Source of the DNA: a virus
Lineage: Duplodnaviria > Heunggongvirae > Uroviricota > Caudoviricetes
Length of the DNA: 64,000 nucleotides
IMG/VR virus record: IMGVR_UViG_3300036770_007945
Span: 64,001-128,000 of that record
Direction: 5' to 3' (one strand)
The notes beneath the pieces are model-generated. The model was not told the DNA's origin. It saw nothing but the letters and a program-made list of their open reading frames with translations, and did not search any database. Position 1 is the first letter of the stretch, and every line of letters begins with the position of its first letter. The position numbers and the translations under genes were made by a program. Shown here one piece after another: positions 29,697-39,717 of the stretch.

Positions 29697-29768
29697 ACAG
29701 ATTTTATTATTTATGTTATTGTTGGTTTTATATTATTTGTTTATTTTTTAAAATCCAGAAAAAGAAGC

Positions 29769-29796
29769 TTGATTCGAAAAACTATAGTTTTATAAT
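29769..29796 (+). promoter_or_regulatory. Sigma70-like promoter
   Basis: TTGATT-N16-TATAAT upstream of 29834. Confidence 0.45.
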
Positions 29797-29833
29797 TATA
29801 TACTATCAATGATTAACCTTATTTAAATATATT

Positions 29834-30400
29834 ATGGCTATACCTTTTACTTCTACATCTACGTTGAACTCTATTCCTCAGATAGAAAATTTTGTATTCG
29901 ATAATATTGAAAATTATATTACTTCTTTGCAGAAGGAGTATCAAAAAAACCCTGCACAGAGATTCTCACGAATTTTATCTAATGTAGGACACAATGTCTA
30001 TTTCTTACCTAAAGAGACATTCTTAAGTTATTTGTTAAACACCGATATAGAGTTAACTGCTTATCTCAATAAAGGTTTTTGTCTTCTTACACCTATTAAT
30101 CTCAAAGACTTTATCGGTAGAATGTATGAAGTTAATTATTACCCTCGGGGTGTTAGGCTAGCACAAAAGAATCTTAACATCTTAGGACACATCTTCATTG
30201 TTGATAAAGAAGATTTGTATAAAGACAACACTTTTAGTTTGCTTTTGGAAAGAAGCTTACATTCGTTTGACAAAGGTTTGTTGCAGGTAAATACTACAGC
30301 GAAAAAGACTTTAGTTGAACTTTCTAAAGGACTTTTCATCTTAAGCACAACAACCACAGATAAACAGGCATTAATCATCAACAACAATATTCAAGACTAA
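29834..30400 (+). CDS. Hypothetical protein
   Basis: 188 aa ORF. Confidence 0.6.
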   Translation: MAIPFTSTSTLNSIPQIENFVFDNIENYITSLQKEYQKNPAQRFSRILSNVGHNVYFLPKETFLSYLLNTDIELTAYLNKGFCLLTPINLKDFIGRMYEVNYYPRGVRLAQKNLNILGHIFIVDKEDLYKDNTFSLLLERSLHSFDKGLLQVNTTAKKTLVELSKGLFILSTTTTDKQALIINNNIQD

Positions 30401-30416
30401 CATTAATTTCTTTTTT

Positions 30417-30956
30417 ATGAGCATAGATCGCGTTTTTTCCTTCTTGTATCAAGACCCGCGTTACATCGATTTCTATAAATACTACGAAAGAATCAAAACA
30501 ACTATTAATACCGTAACCATCGAAATCGAAGTAGAGGAGAGACTCAATAAGAGGGTCCGCCTCCGAGAGTTAACTACTGGAGAGGACATAGACTACGCTC
30601 TTCTCAAAGATACTATCATAGTAAATTCTTCTGAAAGTCAAAGATTGAGATCGCGTCTTTGTCACCTACGCATAGAGGTTTTCTCTAAATTGAAAACTCT
30701 TAGAGAGAGGACAGAAACTCTTAAAAAATATCTATTTATTTCTTATAAAACCGATTTAGATAGTTTTGGTTTGAAAACACAAGCAGATAAGAATTATATT
30801 CTAGACTCTTGCTTCATTGATGTTACGCAGTTTATCTGTGAATTAGAAACGCTTGAACAGTCGTTGGTTTTCTTTATTGAAGATTTAGATAAGAATTCCT
30901 GGACTATGAAAAATCTAACAGATTTATTAGAGTTAACTTTCCGGGCGAAGATATAA
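30417..30956 (+). CDS. Hypothetical coiled-coil protein
   Basis: 179 aa helical ORF. Confidence 0.6.
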   Translation: MSIDRVFSFLYQDPRYIDFYKYYERIKTTINTVTIEIEVEERLNKRVRLRELTTGEDIDYALLKDTIIVNSSESQRLRSRLCHLRIEVFSKLKTLRERTETLKKYLFISYKTDLDSFGLKTQADKNYILDSCFIDVTQFICELETLEQSLVFFIEDLDKNSWTMKNLTDLLELTFRAKI

Positions 30957-30986
30957 CTAGATCTTACTTGAAGCCTTATTATATTC

Positions 30987-31649
30987 TTATCTATAAGTGT
31001 CTCTAATTCGTTTGAGGGGTTTTAGTAACTGTCTTTCAATTTCCTGTGTCGATGTTTCTAACAAATCTGTCATGAGAGTATTGAAGTAAGAATAGTTAAA
31101 CTCTTCTAAGCTTCTTGGCACCTTATACAAGTCAAGGATTCCTTTGTTGAGACTATAGAAAGTTCTGAATTCTGTCTTCTTTAACTGCCGTGCTTTAATT
31201 AGGCCTTCCTGATGAGTATCTCTGAAAAGTAAGGCTTCTTCTACTCTAACTATGAAGTCATCATAGCGGCTTCTTACCTGTCTAACTACACCACTGAAAT
31301 TATATTCGGATATAAAATTAATATCTACTCCAGAAGACAAGACACTTGTTTTAGGGTGATCTGATACTCTTACTTGAAAATATCTTCTTGAAAAACAGGA
31401 TTCATAGAATCGTTTGATTTCTATGTTACTAATAGAAGGACGCAACTCTATCTCAAAGGTAAAGTAGGAGGATTTGCCATAAGCATTTTCATAATTCTCA
31501 ATCGGTTTTACGAGAGTAATTTCGTATTTTGAACCTACGATATCTTTTAAAATTGCTTGTGCCGCTTCGTGAGAGTCTTCAAAACAGAAGTTTGTATTTT
31601 TCGCTAATGCTACTCGTAAACGTCGTTTTCTACTATAATGATTAAACAT
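30987..31649 (-). CDS. Hypothetical protein
   Basis: 220 aa ORF. Confidence 0.6.
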   Translation of the reverse strand: MFNHYSRKRRLRVALAKNTNFCFEDSHEAAQAILKDIVGSKYEITLVKPIENYENAYGKSSYFTFEIELRPSISNIEIKRFYESCFSRRYFQVRVSDHPKTSVLSSGVDINFISEYNFSGVVRQVRSRYDDFIVRVEEALLFRDTHQEGLIKARQLKKTEFRTFYSLNKGILDLYKVPRSLEEFNYSYFNTLMTDLLETSTQEIERQLLKPLKRIRDTYR

Positions 31650-31676
31650 TTTTTATAATTTTAGAATTATCTTCTC

Positions 31677-32474
31677 TTAAAAATTAACAATAGTTTGTTC
31701 AGAAGTTTCCTCCAAAGGTTTCTTCTTTTTTTGGTAATCTCTTAAATAAGCTTTTAAATAGTTTACATCGAAATAATCTAGATTACTCTCATTCAATCTT
31801 TTTGTAACTTCAACCGGATTTTGCTCTTCTACCAACTCTCTCAACACCTCTAAGTTTGTTGAATTTATAAAGGTTTTAATTGGTTTAAATCTGTCGCTGT
31901 GATTCTTGTGTAACTCTTTTTCGAGATGTTGAAACTTCTCCCTACAATCTCTTGCAGATATAGTCTTACTAAAATACAAATATAAAACTTCTTCTAGATG
32001 ACTTCTGACATTTTTTGGGGCTGAATATTTAAAAGTATTGAAATGTTCAAAAAAAGAAACTTTGTTATAAGAATGCAATACGTTTTGATAGTAGTTTTTA
32101 ATATCTATGTTGAGTTTTATACTATAATCCTTGAATGGGATTTCTTCCCAAACAGATGTTAAATTCATCGCTCTCTTAGTTGTTACATTTAAGGTTTTTA
32201 AATTAATTCTCGTATCTGCTAAGGTGATCTCCTTATGAATTTCTGCAATAATAGCATATTCAGGTAAGTCCGTAATAATTACGCCTCCTTGTAATCTTAT
32301 AAGTGTTTCATTGTCTGTAGTAGATTTTAGTTTCTGTAAAAAGTCATTATAAACTCCTACAAAGAAACAGGAATCTCTTATTTCAGGCATTTCATTTATC
32401 TTATTAAAGTTGTGTTTTTGTCCTAACCACATTATCTTCGTGTGTATATTTTTTATATTATTAAGATCTTGCAT
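31677..32474 (-). CDS. Hypothetical protein
   Basis: 265 aa ORF. Confidence 0.6.
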   Translation of the reverse strand: MQDLNNIKNIHTKIMWLGQKHNFNKINEMPEIRDSCFFVGVYNDFLQKLKSTTDNETLIRLQGGVIITDLPEYAIIAEIHKEITLADTRINLKTLNVTTKRAMNLTSVWEEIPFKDYSIKLNIDIKNYYQNVLHSYNKVSFFEHFNTFKYSAPKNVRSHLEEVLYLYFSKTISARDCREKFQHLEKELHKNHSDRFKPIKTFINSTNLEVLRELVEEQNPVEVTKRLNESNLDYFDVNYLKAYLRDYQKKKKPLEETSEQTIVNF

Positions 32475-32495
32475 AATATTAATTAAGGTTAAAGG

Positions 32496-35159
32496 TTATA
32501 CGTTAAATTCTTGTATAGAGGATACTCCATCCACTTTTCTCACGAAGTAGTTGTGATCCTCTTTTATATAATAGCCATTATCCTTAAGAGGTGTAATGAC
32601 TGTAATAGAAGGCACGATATTTCTTAATTCGGGTAAGAAGTGTTCGTAAAACATTCTTGTAGTATTCTCATCACAACCAGCATCCATCTCATCTAAGATA
32701 CAAATATTTGCGCGCTTGTGTTGTGGAAGTAGTGCTAATATTGAGATTAAACACAGTAGTTGAAAACATCGGGATTCAGAACCTGATAAGTATCTAACAT
32801 CGGAGGCTTTTTCAGACCGAGTAGCTATAATTTGCAAATCTCTTTTTTCTACATTGATTGTAAAGGTGAAAGGCTCCATAAACAAAAAAGGTGAAAACTT
32901 ATTCAACATAGCTTCAAAAACTTTTGTGAAATGTTTTATTTTTTCTAGTCTAAACCCTTTAGTATGAAATACATTTACTAACTTAGAAATTAAGGGGGCT
33001 TGCTCGCAATGTTTTTCTAGTTGCTTGCATTTCTCTTCTTGATGCTTTAGTAGTATAATCTCTTTTTGTAAAGAGGCTTCAGTTATACTGAAGTTGGTAA
33101 TACTGCTTTGTAGTTGTGTATTCTCTGTGGTGCAGTTTGAAATCTTTTGATCTAAAACGTTTCTAATCTTATCAAGCAGCTCTACAGAACTTTTTTCATT
33201 AACATCAGATTCTAAACCTTGTAGTTGGGGGTGTTTAATAATAAGATCGTTTATAGCTTTTAATTTCACCGTCTCCTTGTCTTTAATTGGCGTATAGTTT
33301 TTTCTCAAGTGTAAGAAAGACCTTAACGTATCAATCTTTGTCTGTATCTCTTTACTGCTTTGTTGCCGACTATCACTGTTGTTAGCTTCTCGGTGACTTT
33401 GTAGTGTTGTTAGTTTTTGCTTGAGATTCTCGACAAGAGTTTTTTGTTGTTGGTAAGCTCTCTTCTGTGGAATGAAGGAAGTAACGTTTACTAATAACTC
33501 TTTTAGTCTACTAATCTCCAAATCATTGCTTTGTAAAATTTCTAGATCTGGTATACTTTGTAGTTGTTCTTTCGAACTCTTATAGTTTGATAGTAGTGTT
33601 TGTGCTTGCGAGTAGAGTTGTTTCTCCTTCACTATAGCCTCTATATCTTGCGTTAGTGTTACTAAATACCTGTCAAGCTGGTCAGCAGGCATTACACTCA
33701 AACAAGTAGGACATTGTATATCCGGTTCAACATTAGCGTGGCTCTCATGACTAACCGCTCCTGCTACTTTAAGATTCTTTTCTTTCAGGTTCCTGATAGT
33801 TTCTTTTTGTTTTTGTTTCGCCTCGAGACTATATTGAGCTTTAATCATGCTTGTTTGACAGCTTGACGAGGCCTGCATAATACTTTCTAGACTAGGTGGA
33901 CTACTTAAAAAAGTCTTGAAGGTTTCTTGTAATGCAAAACCTTCAAGACTTCTACAAAAATCCTGAAGAGTTTTCTCTACAATAAGGATATTTTCTTGAG
34001 CCTGCTGCTGCAAGGACAACCAGGCACTTAAGGATTTATTATTAAAAGGTATTTGAAGATTTCTTACAGAACTCTCTAAGGACCGTTTATAATCTTCTAA
34101 TCCTTCAATAGGCATCTTCACAACCTCTTTATCTAAAACTTCTAAAAAGCCTTTCAAAGTGTTTTGTAAGGTATTTAATTCAGTCTCAGCTGTTTTAATA
34201 TCTTGTTCAGTATTTTGTATTAGAGCTAAACTCTTCTCTTCTTCTGTCAGCAGGTTATGTAAAGAGGAGAGCTGATTTATCTCTTCTTGCACAAGCTCCG
34301 ATGCTTCATTTTTCTTTAGGTTTAAATTAAGTTCAGGGTGTTTGTTGATCAAAGCATCTAAATCAGTTTGAACCCTCGTCAAATCCTTTCTTATATCTAA
34401 AAGAATTAAAACTTCTAAACGGAGATTTGTATACACGCTTAAATCTCCTTGTAAAACATCTCGTCTACCCTTCAATTCTAATAATGTCTGTTTTGTTTGC
34501 ATCAAATCTTGTTCCTTTCGCGGAAGTTCAAGCAATGCAGACTTCAGGGTCTGTAGCTCTAAAAGATTGTTTTCCTGAATTTTTTGTTCTTTAGAAAAGT
34601 GTTCATGTAGATAATCTAAGAAGTCAAAATTGAAAAGCTTCTCAAAAAACTCGTATCTTTGTGCGGTGGATCCATGTAGTAGAGGATGATTTCTGTAAGA
34701 GGTCAGGTAAGTGCTAGTGAAAAATATATCTTCTGGCTGCTCAAAAATACCTTCAATAAGATCCTTTGATAACGCAATAGTCCTACTCCCCAGATCAACA
34801 TTGTTTTCGCTTACTTGATAAGTTACACTATCCTTAATAGCTTTTTGTTTAATCAAGAAAAGCTTCTGTCCTGTTTCTATCTCCAGAGATATTGAAGAAC
34901 CTTCAGATTTACTCTTACTTTCTGCAGACAAGTTTTCTTTATTTTGAAGGGAATTTTGTGAAGAACTCAATAAACTTTTAACGTCTTTCTTTTCCGCTAA
35001 GGGGTGAGAAAAATATAGTAGATTCGCAATTGAAGAGAACAGAAGGGACTTGCCTGCGCGATTTTCGCCCTTCACTAAAGATAAACCAGGCTTAAATTCA
35101 AAATACTGCTCTTTGTAGGTAACAATATTTTTCAACGTAATACTTTTAAGGTTAAACAT
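32496..35159 (-). CDS. SbcC/Rad50 (T4 gp46-like) recombination ATPase
   Basis: GENRAGKS, long coiled coil with CPTC zinc hook, LSGSE signature, ILDEMD. Confidence 0.92.
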   Translation of the reverse strand: MFNLKSITLKNIVTYKEQYFEFKPGLSLVKGENRAGKSLLFSSIANLLYFSHPLAEKKDVKSLLSSSQNSLQNKENLSAESKSKSEGSSISLEIETGQKLFLIKQKAIKDSVTYQVSENNVDLGSRTIALSKDLIEGIFEQPEDIFFTSTYLTSYRNHPLLHGSTAQRYEFFEKLFNFDFLDYLHEHFSKEQKIQENNLLELQTLKSALLELPRKEQDLMQTKQTLLELKGRRDVLQGDLSVYTNLRLEVLILLDIRKDLTRVQTDLDALINKHPELNLNLKKNEASELVQEEINQLSSLHNLLTEEEKSLALIQNTEQDIKTAETELNTLQNTLKGFLEVLDKEVVKMPIEGLEDYKRSLESSVRNLQIPFNNKSLSAWLSLQQQAQENILIVEKTLQDFCRSLEGFALQETFKTFLSSPPSLESIMQASSSCQTSMIKAQYSLEAKQKQKETIRNLKEKNLKVAGAVSHESHANVEPDIQCPTCLSVMPADQLDRYLVTLTQDIEAIVKEKQLYSQAQTLLSNYKSSKEQLQSIPDLEILQSNDLEISRLKELLVNVTSFIPQKRAYQQQKTLVENLKQKLTTLQSHREANNSDSRQQSSKEIQTKIDTLRSFLHLRKNYTPIKDKETVKLKAINDLIIKHPQLQGLESDVNEKSSVELLDKIRNVLDQKISNCTTENTQLQSSITNFSITEASLQKEIILLKHQEEKCKQLEKHCEQAPLISKLVNVFHTKGFRLEKIKHFTKVFEAMLNKFSPFLFMEPFTFTINVEKRDLQIIATRSEKASDVRYLSGSESRCFQLLCLISILALLPQHKRANICILDEMDAGCDENTTRMFYEHFLPELRNIVPSITVITPLKDNGYYIKEDHNYFVRKVDGVSSIQEFNV

Positions 35160-35330
35160 AGATTCGTGAGTTAACTGTTAATATGTAACTACTATATTAA
35201 TCCTTGAGAAAATAAAAGCTATAAGAGATTCCGTAAATACTGAAGGTTTTTTATTTTTGTTTGTTTTATAAATTTTCGTAAAAATTTCTATCTTAATTGT
35301 CAGTTTATAGCTAAGATAGAGGTTTAAACT

Positions 35331-35630
35331 TTATCTTAACTCTTTTAGAGATGCTGCTAAATCTTGTAAAACTTCAGGCAAGCTTTGAGTTATTTCCTTT
35401 ATAAAAGCTTTTTGGACATCTGATGAATATATTCCTTCATCTTCAAAGAAAGCTTCAAGATAATCTTCAAAAGAGGTGTAGTCTTCGTGTATTTCTACTA
35501 AAACATTTAAACGTTGTCTCCAGAAAGCTGTTCTCAAATCTGATAATTCTATGGTTTCTCTTGGAGAGAGGCGGCTTGCCTCGCTTCTGCGCGATAAATC
35601 TTTTTTAGAGTCTGTTCGAAGTCTATGCAT
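35331..35630 (-). CDS. Hypothetical protein
   Basis: 99 aa ORF. Confidence 0.5.
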   Translation of the reverse strand: MHRLRTDSKKDLSRRSEASRLSPRETIELSDLRTAFWRQRLNVLVEIHEDYTSFEDYLEAFFEDEGIYSSDVQKAFIKEITQSLPEVLQDLAASLKELR

Positions 35631-35694
35631 AAGTTTGCTTGATTTTTATAATTACGAAGAATTTATAATCCTCTTGTAGTAGAAAATTAGAAAG

Positions 35695-35945
35695 TTAAGG
35701 CTGCTTTAACTTTCTAAAATACAGTTGCAATGATTTTAGATCAGAGTTTACCTCACCTTTAACTTCACCAATTCCTTCTAAAGAGGCAAGTTCGTTGTGT
35801 TTCTGGTAAGAAGTCGTTTTTGCTTTTTTAAAGCTCCTTTGAACGAAGCGGGTTTGGTAAAGTTACAATCAAAACCTTCATTAACTCTACCTAAAATATT
35901 TTAGGTAGAGTTAATGTTTCTGTTAACCTTACTATCAGTCTTTTT
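35695..35945 (-). pseudogene. Degenerate remnant of an LRR-like paralog
   Basis: Hand translation gives ILGRVNEGFDCN...NELASLEGIGEVKGEV. This copies the end of the upstream repeat gene (CTTCACCAATTCCTTCTAAAGA shared) but has an in-frame upstream stop and no start. Confidence 0.6.
35879..35916. repeat. Perfect 38-bp palindrome
   Basis: CATTAACTCTACCTAAAAT|ATTTTAGGTAGAGTTAATG. Confidence 0.9.
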
Positions 35946-35961
35946 TTTGCAGCCTGAATAT

Positions 35962-37329
35962 CTAATAACGTCTTAGTCTCTCTTTTTTTAATTCTTGTAA
36001 ACGATATTGTGCAGCTGACTGTAGGTCTGGAATAAAATCTTTCCAATTCTCATCATCAACCATACAGGTTCCTTCTATCATAGAGGCTCCATCTAGAGCA
36101 GACTGTAAGTAAGATTTTGTTTTCTCTAAGAAATAAACGAGTCCTGTAATAGAAGTAAACTCTGTAAATAACTGTTGCGTAATATAATCACGAATCTTAG
36201 CATCGTTGCGTTTACCTGTGGTTTCGTAGTTGCGGTAAGCAGGAGCTGTCTTTTTAATTAGGTTAAATAAAGCTTCTTCTAGTTCAGCAGCAGCTTCATC
36301 AGTCATTTCTTCTCTGCTTGTAGGCTTGCTTTTTAGATTAGAGTATATCGTTCCTTTTAGATTAGAGTATATCGTTCCTTTGACTTCACCAATTCCTTCT
36401 AAAGAAGTTAGTTTTTCATTATCTTTGCACCAAAAATCCCCTCCTACATACTCAGATGCTCCTTCAAGTGAGGTGAGGTTGTTACTGCTACAGTTAAAAT
36501 TTCCTCCTACATACTTAGGACAACCTTCAAGGGAAGTAAGATTGTTTTCTTGACACCAAAAACCTCCTTTTATTTTTTTGGGTGCTCCTTCGAGTGAGGT
36601 GAGGTTGTTTCTAGAACAAATAAAATCCCTTTCTACATACTCAGGACATCCTTCAAGTGAGGTGAGGTTGTTTTCAGAGCAATAAAAAACACCTTCTACT
36701 TCTTTCGGTGCTCCTTCAAGTGAGGTGAGGTTGTTTTTAGAGCAGTAAAAACCTCCTTTTACTTCTTTCGGTGCCCCTTCGAGTGAAGTAAGGTTGTTTT
36801 CAGAACAATTAAAACCTCCTCCTACATATTCTGGACAGCCTTCTAGAGAGGTGAGTCTATTACCATCACAATTAAAATCCTTTCCTACATATTCTGGACA
36901 GCCTTCTAGAGAGGTGAGTCTATTACCATCACAATTAAAATCCCCTCCTACATATTCTGGACAGCCTTCTAGAGAGGTGAGTTCTTTATTAGCACAATTA
37001 AAATCTCTACTAACTTTACCAAAGAAAATTTCTTTACCTAATACTCTCTCTACAAGAAGACTCTTCTTAAGCTTTACAAAACCTTTTACATCAATCTTAC
37101 CATCTGCTCTTTGAGTCCAACTTCCTTTTACGACAGTTTCTAAAAAGGCTTCAGCTAAATCTGACAGAGGTTTCTTCTGAGCTTGAGTTTTCAAATTAGA
37201 GTTTCTTAATTTAGAAACTTCTTTTCTAATTTCTCTTTGAAGTTCTGGTGATAACTGTTTTGTTTTTATTTTCATATTATTATATTTATTATTGTTATTA
37301 AGAGTTGTATTTACAACTTCTATTTTCAT
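35962..37329 (-). CDS. Leucine-rich-repeat-like protein with the shared N-terminal leader (likely start Met19, 37275)
   Basis: Ten 21-aa (63-nt) repeats VGGDFNCxxNxLTSLEGCPEY; leader KQLSPELQREIRKEV. Confidence 0.85.
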   Translation of the reverse strand: MKIEVVNTTLNNNNKYNNMKIKTKQLSPELQREIRKEVSKLRNSNLKTQAQKKPLSDLAEAFLETVVKGSWTQRADGKIDVKGFVKLKKSLLVERVLGKEIFFGKVSRDFNCANKELTSLEGCPEYVGGDFNCDGNRLTSLEGCPEYVGKDFNCDGNRLTSLEGCPEYVGGGFNCSENNLTSLEGAPKEVKGGFYCSKNNLTSLEGAPKEVEGVFYCSENNLTSLEGCPEYVERDFICSRNNLTSLEGAPKKIKGGFWCQENNLTSLEGCPKYVGGNFNCSSNNLTSLEGASEYVGGDFWCKDNEKLTSLEGIGEVKGTIYSNLKGTIYSNLKSKPTSREEMTDEAAAELEEALFNLIKKTAPAYRNYETTGKRNDAKIRDYITQQLFTEFTSITGLVYFLEKTKSYLQSALDGASMIEGTCMVDDENWKDFIPDLQSAAQYRLQELKKERLRRY

Positions 37330-37432
37330 TAAGAATTTTTATAATGCAACTAGTATTTTAATCTATAGATTTTTTGCATTTAATATACAGAAAATTAGGT
37401 AATTAAAAACCTCTTAGGTTTAGGTGCTTATT

Positions 37433-38143
37433 CTAATCTTCATAATCTTCATAATCTTCATCATCAGTTTCATCATCGTGTGTAGGATCAGACCACTTCA
37501 TTCCATTTATAGTTAATATTCCTCGGATTTTATCAGAGGTTACGACTTCATACCACGAAAAGTCCAGGCATGTAGAGCCAATCGTCGACGGTTTTTCAAT
37601 TATGCCCTTCTTTAAAAAAGTCTCTTTTAAGTATTTAGTCTCCTCCTCTGTTATAAGTCTGTTCAATTTTAAATCAATAATCGCTTCATTATCTCCATGT
37701 TGTTTTCCCCCTGCATCATACTCAGAACCTAGAGCCTCCCCGTAATTTTCGAACTTATAGTCAACATCTACTATTTCAATACTTTTACTCTTCAGGAATT
37801 CAAAAAGAGGTTTGTTGTATTCTGGTAATTTAGAAAGAACTTGTTTTTGCTCTAGTAATGCCACTTTAGAATAACCAATAGTGTTAAAAGAAAGATCTTG
37901 GTCGTCGAGGCTAGACTCCACGTCTTTATAGTTCTCTTCAATACCCGCTTTAATATACTTTTCAATCTTAGCGTTAACAGCAGAGTCACTCAAACTAGCT
38001 TTAGTTTTAAGAGTTCTAGATTTAAAGCTTTTAGACTTAAAGCTTTTTTGCGGTTGAGAACTATACTCTTGAAAAGCAACCTCCTTTTTAATAGCTGCTT
38101 GAATTTTTAGAGGTAAATCTGATAATTTAATATATTTAGTCAT
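37433..38143 (-). CDS. Leader-family protein
   Basis: MTKYIKLSDLPLKIQAAIKKEV leader; acidic C-terminus. Confidence 0.65.
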   Translation of the reverse strand: MTKYIKLSDLPLKIQAAIKKEVAFQEYSSQPQKSFKSKSFKSRTLKTKASLSDSAVNAKIEKYIKAGIEENYKDVESSLDDQDLSFNTIGYSKVALLEQKQVLSKLPEYNKPLFEFLKSKSIEIVDVDYKFENYGEALGSEYDAGGKQHGDNEAIIDLKLNRLITEEETKYLKETFLKKGIIEKPSTIGSTCLDFSWYEVVTSDKIRGILTINGMKWSDPTHDDETDDEDYEDYED

Positions 38144-38295
38144 AAGTTGTTTACTGTTATTTGTCAGTGTTAGTTAGTAAGTAGTTACTCATAAATTAAA
38201 ATAAGAGGCTAACTATTATTTTAATTTATAAAATTTTTACTCTTAGTATGTAGAAAATTAGAAAACATTTATTATATTTTTCGTCTAGACTTCTC

Positions 38296-38919
38296 TTACT
38301 TAGTTTTTAAAATTTCTCCTACAAACAAGCTACAAAATCTATCAGTATCAAAGAATATCGGTTTTGCAAAGTCTACGTAGTAATCTGCTCCAATCTTCTC
38401 AGCAATTGCAAAGTAACCGATAAAATCGTGGGTGACCTCTTTAGGGTTCACATTGATACATATCGAACCTAAAGAATTTACGGCGTTCGGCTGATATATT
38501 TTAATGTTTTTACTATCGGTTTTTTTTTCGGATGCAAGATGTGAGAGTTTGCGACGACTCATTATGCGGATCTTCATTACTTCCTGAGAGTAAAGTTTTC
38601 CTGGATTTATGATAATATAATAATCTGCTTTAGAACTTGTAATCCCGCTAGGATCTCCGTTAGCCCGAGAGATCTCTATACTATATAATAAAGAGGACAT
38701 AATTTTTAACTCGAAAAGCAAGTCTTTTAATCTGAAATCAAAGCTTGCATCACACCCTTGAGAGAATTCCACATCCTTTTCTTCTAAGTTATAAAGTATC
38801 TTAAAATTCTCAACAAGAACTTGTTCAACCTGCTTTGAGATAGAGTAATCTTTATTGATATATAAATCTTTTAAACAAAATATCAAATTCATAAAATCCT
38901 TAATTTCGGTAATTCTCAA
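38296..38919 (-). CDS. Putative PD-(D/E)XK nuclease
   Basis: TTG start; DASFDF...FELKI motif and SGITSSKADYY segment. Confidence 0.45.
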   Translation of the reverse strand: MRITEIKDFMNLIFCLKDLYINKDYSISKQVEQVLVENFKILYNLEEKDVEFSQGCDASFDFRLKDLLFELKIMSSLLYSIEISRANGDPSGITSSKADYYIIINPGKLYSQEVMKIRIMSRRKLSHLASEKKTDSKNIKIYQPNAVNSLGSICINVNPKEVTHDFIGYFAIAEKIGADYYVDFAKPIFFDTDRFCSLFVGEILKTK

Positions 38920-38933
38920 AGTTTTCTAAAGTA

Positions 38934-39704
38934 TTAGTCATACCAAAAGGCAAGCCATTTTTTCGTGTTTAAGACTTTCCCAATTATAATATTATAATTG
39001 TGTGTAACACTATTAAGCTTCTTCTTTACCTCGTTTAGCCTTTTTAAATCTTTAATGAATAAAAAAACATACTGAACTGGATTCTCAAAATAAATACAAG
39101 AGGATAAACTTTTATGTATTTTTCTCAAAGTTCTTCCAGTGTCTACTAAGTCATCTATTACAAACACCATATCTAAAGATTTTCTTCTAATCTTTTTTGT
39201 TAAGTTATTTAACTCGCGTTTAAGTTTCAGTAAGCTTTCTTTATCCTCAACATCCTTGTCTTTGTAAGTATTCATATTTACATACAATGTGTGAATTTTT
39301 ATCTCACCTGTTGCTAAAGATTTATTCTTTGAAATCCACTTACTTATCTGGTAATCTATCAAAGTTGTAGGAATAGTTCCTCCTCGCACTACCGCGATTA
39401 AACATATATGGAATGTCTTAGACGAGTTTACTCTTCTGTGTGGGAAAAAGGCAGCATAAGAAGAAGAAGGAAAGCATTCAAGAAGGTCTCCAGAAACTTT
39501 AGAAAGTCCCGACCAATCTCTGAGTATTTGTATTTCTTCCTTAATACCATCTAAGACTTTATCTACAGCTTCTAAATAAAGTTCTAAACTGACTTTATAA
39601 GGAAAAGTTTTTCTATAGAGTAAAGATAGTTTTCTCTTTCCTATCTTATAATACAAAACTATTTTTTCTGAAACAGATTTAACTCTCTTTTTTTGAAATA
39701 ACAT
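38934..39704 (-). CDS. Type I phosphoribosyltransferase
   Basis: IAVVRGG and the PRPP-binding loop VFVIDDLVDTGRTL. Confidence 0.85.
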   Translation of the reverse strand: MLFQKKRVKSVSEKIVLYYKIGKRKLSLLYRKTFPYKVSLELYLEAVDKVLDGIKEEIQILRDWSGLSKVSGDLLECFPSSSYAAFFPHRRVNSSKTFHICLIAVVRGGTIPTTLIDYQISKWISKNKSLATGEIKIHTLYVNMNTYKDKDVEDKESLLKLKRELNNLTKKIRRKSLDMVFVIDDLVDTGRTLRKIHKSLSSCIYFENPVQYVFLFIKDLKRLNEVKKKLNSVTHNYNIIIGKVLNTKKWLAFWYD

Positions 39705-39717
39705 AAATCTCCTATTA

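Noticed and set aside
36326-37114. Plus-strand ORFs over the LRR repeats; possible DGR TR/VR pair
   Set aside because: These are antisense shadows. No reverse transcriptase was seen and the variation is not adenine-specific.
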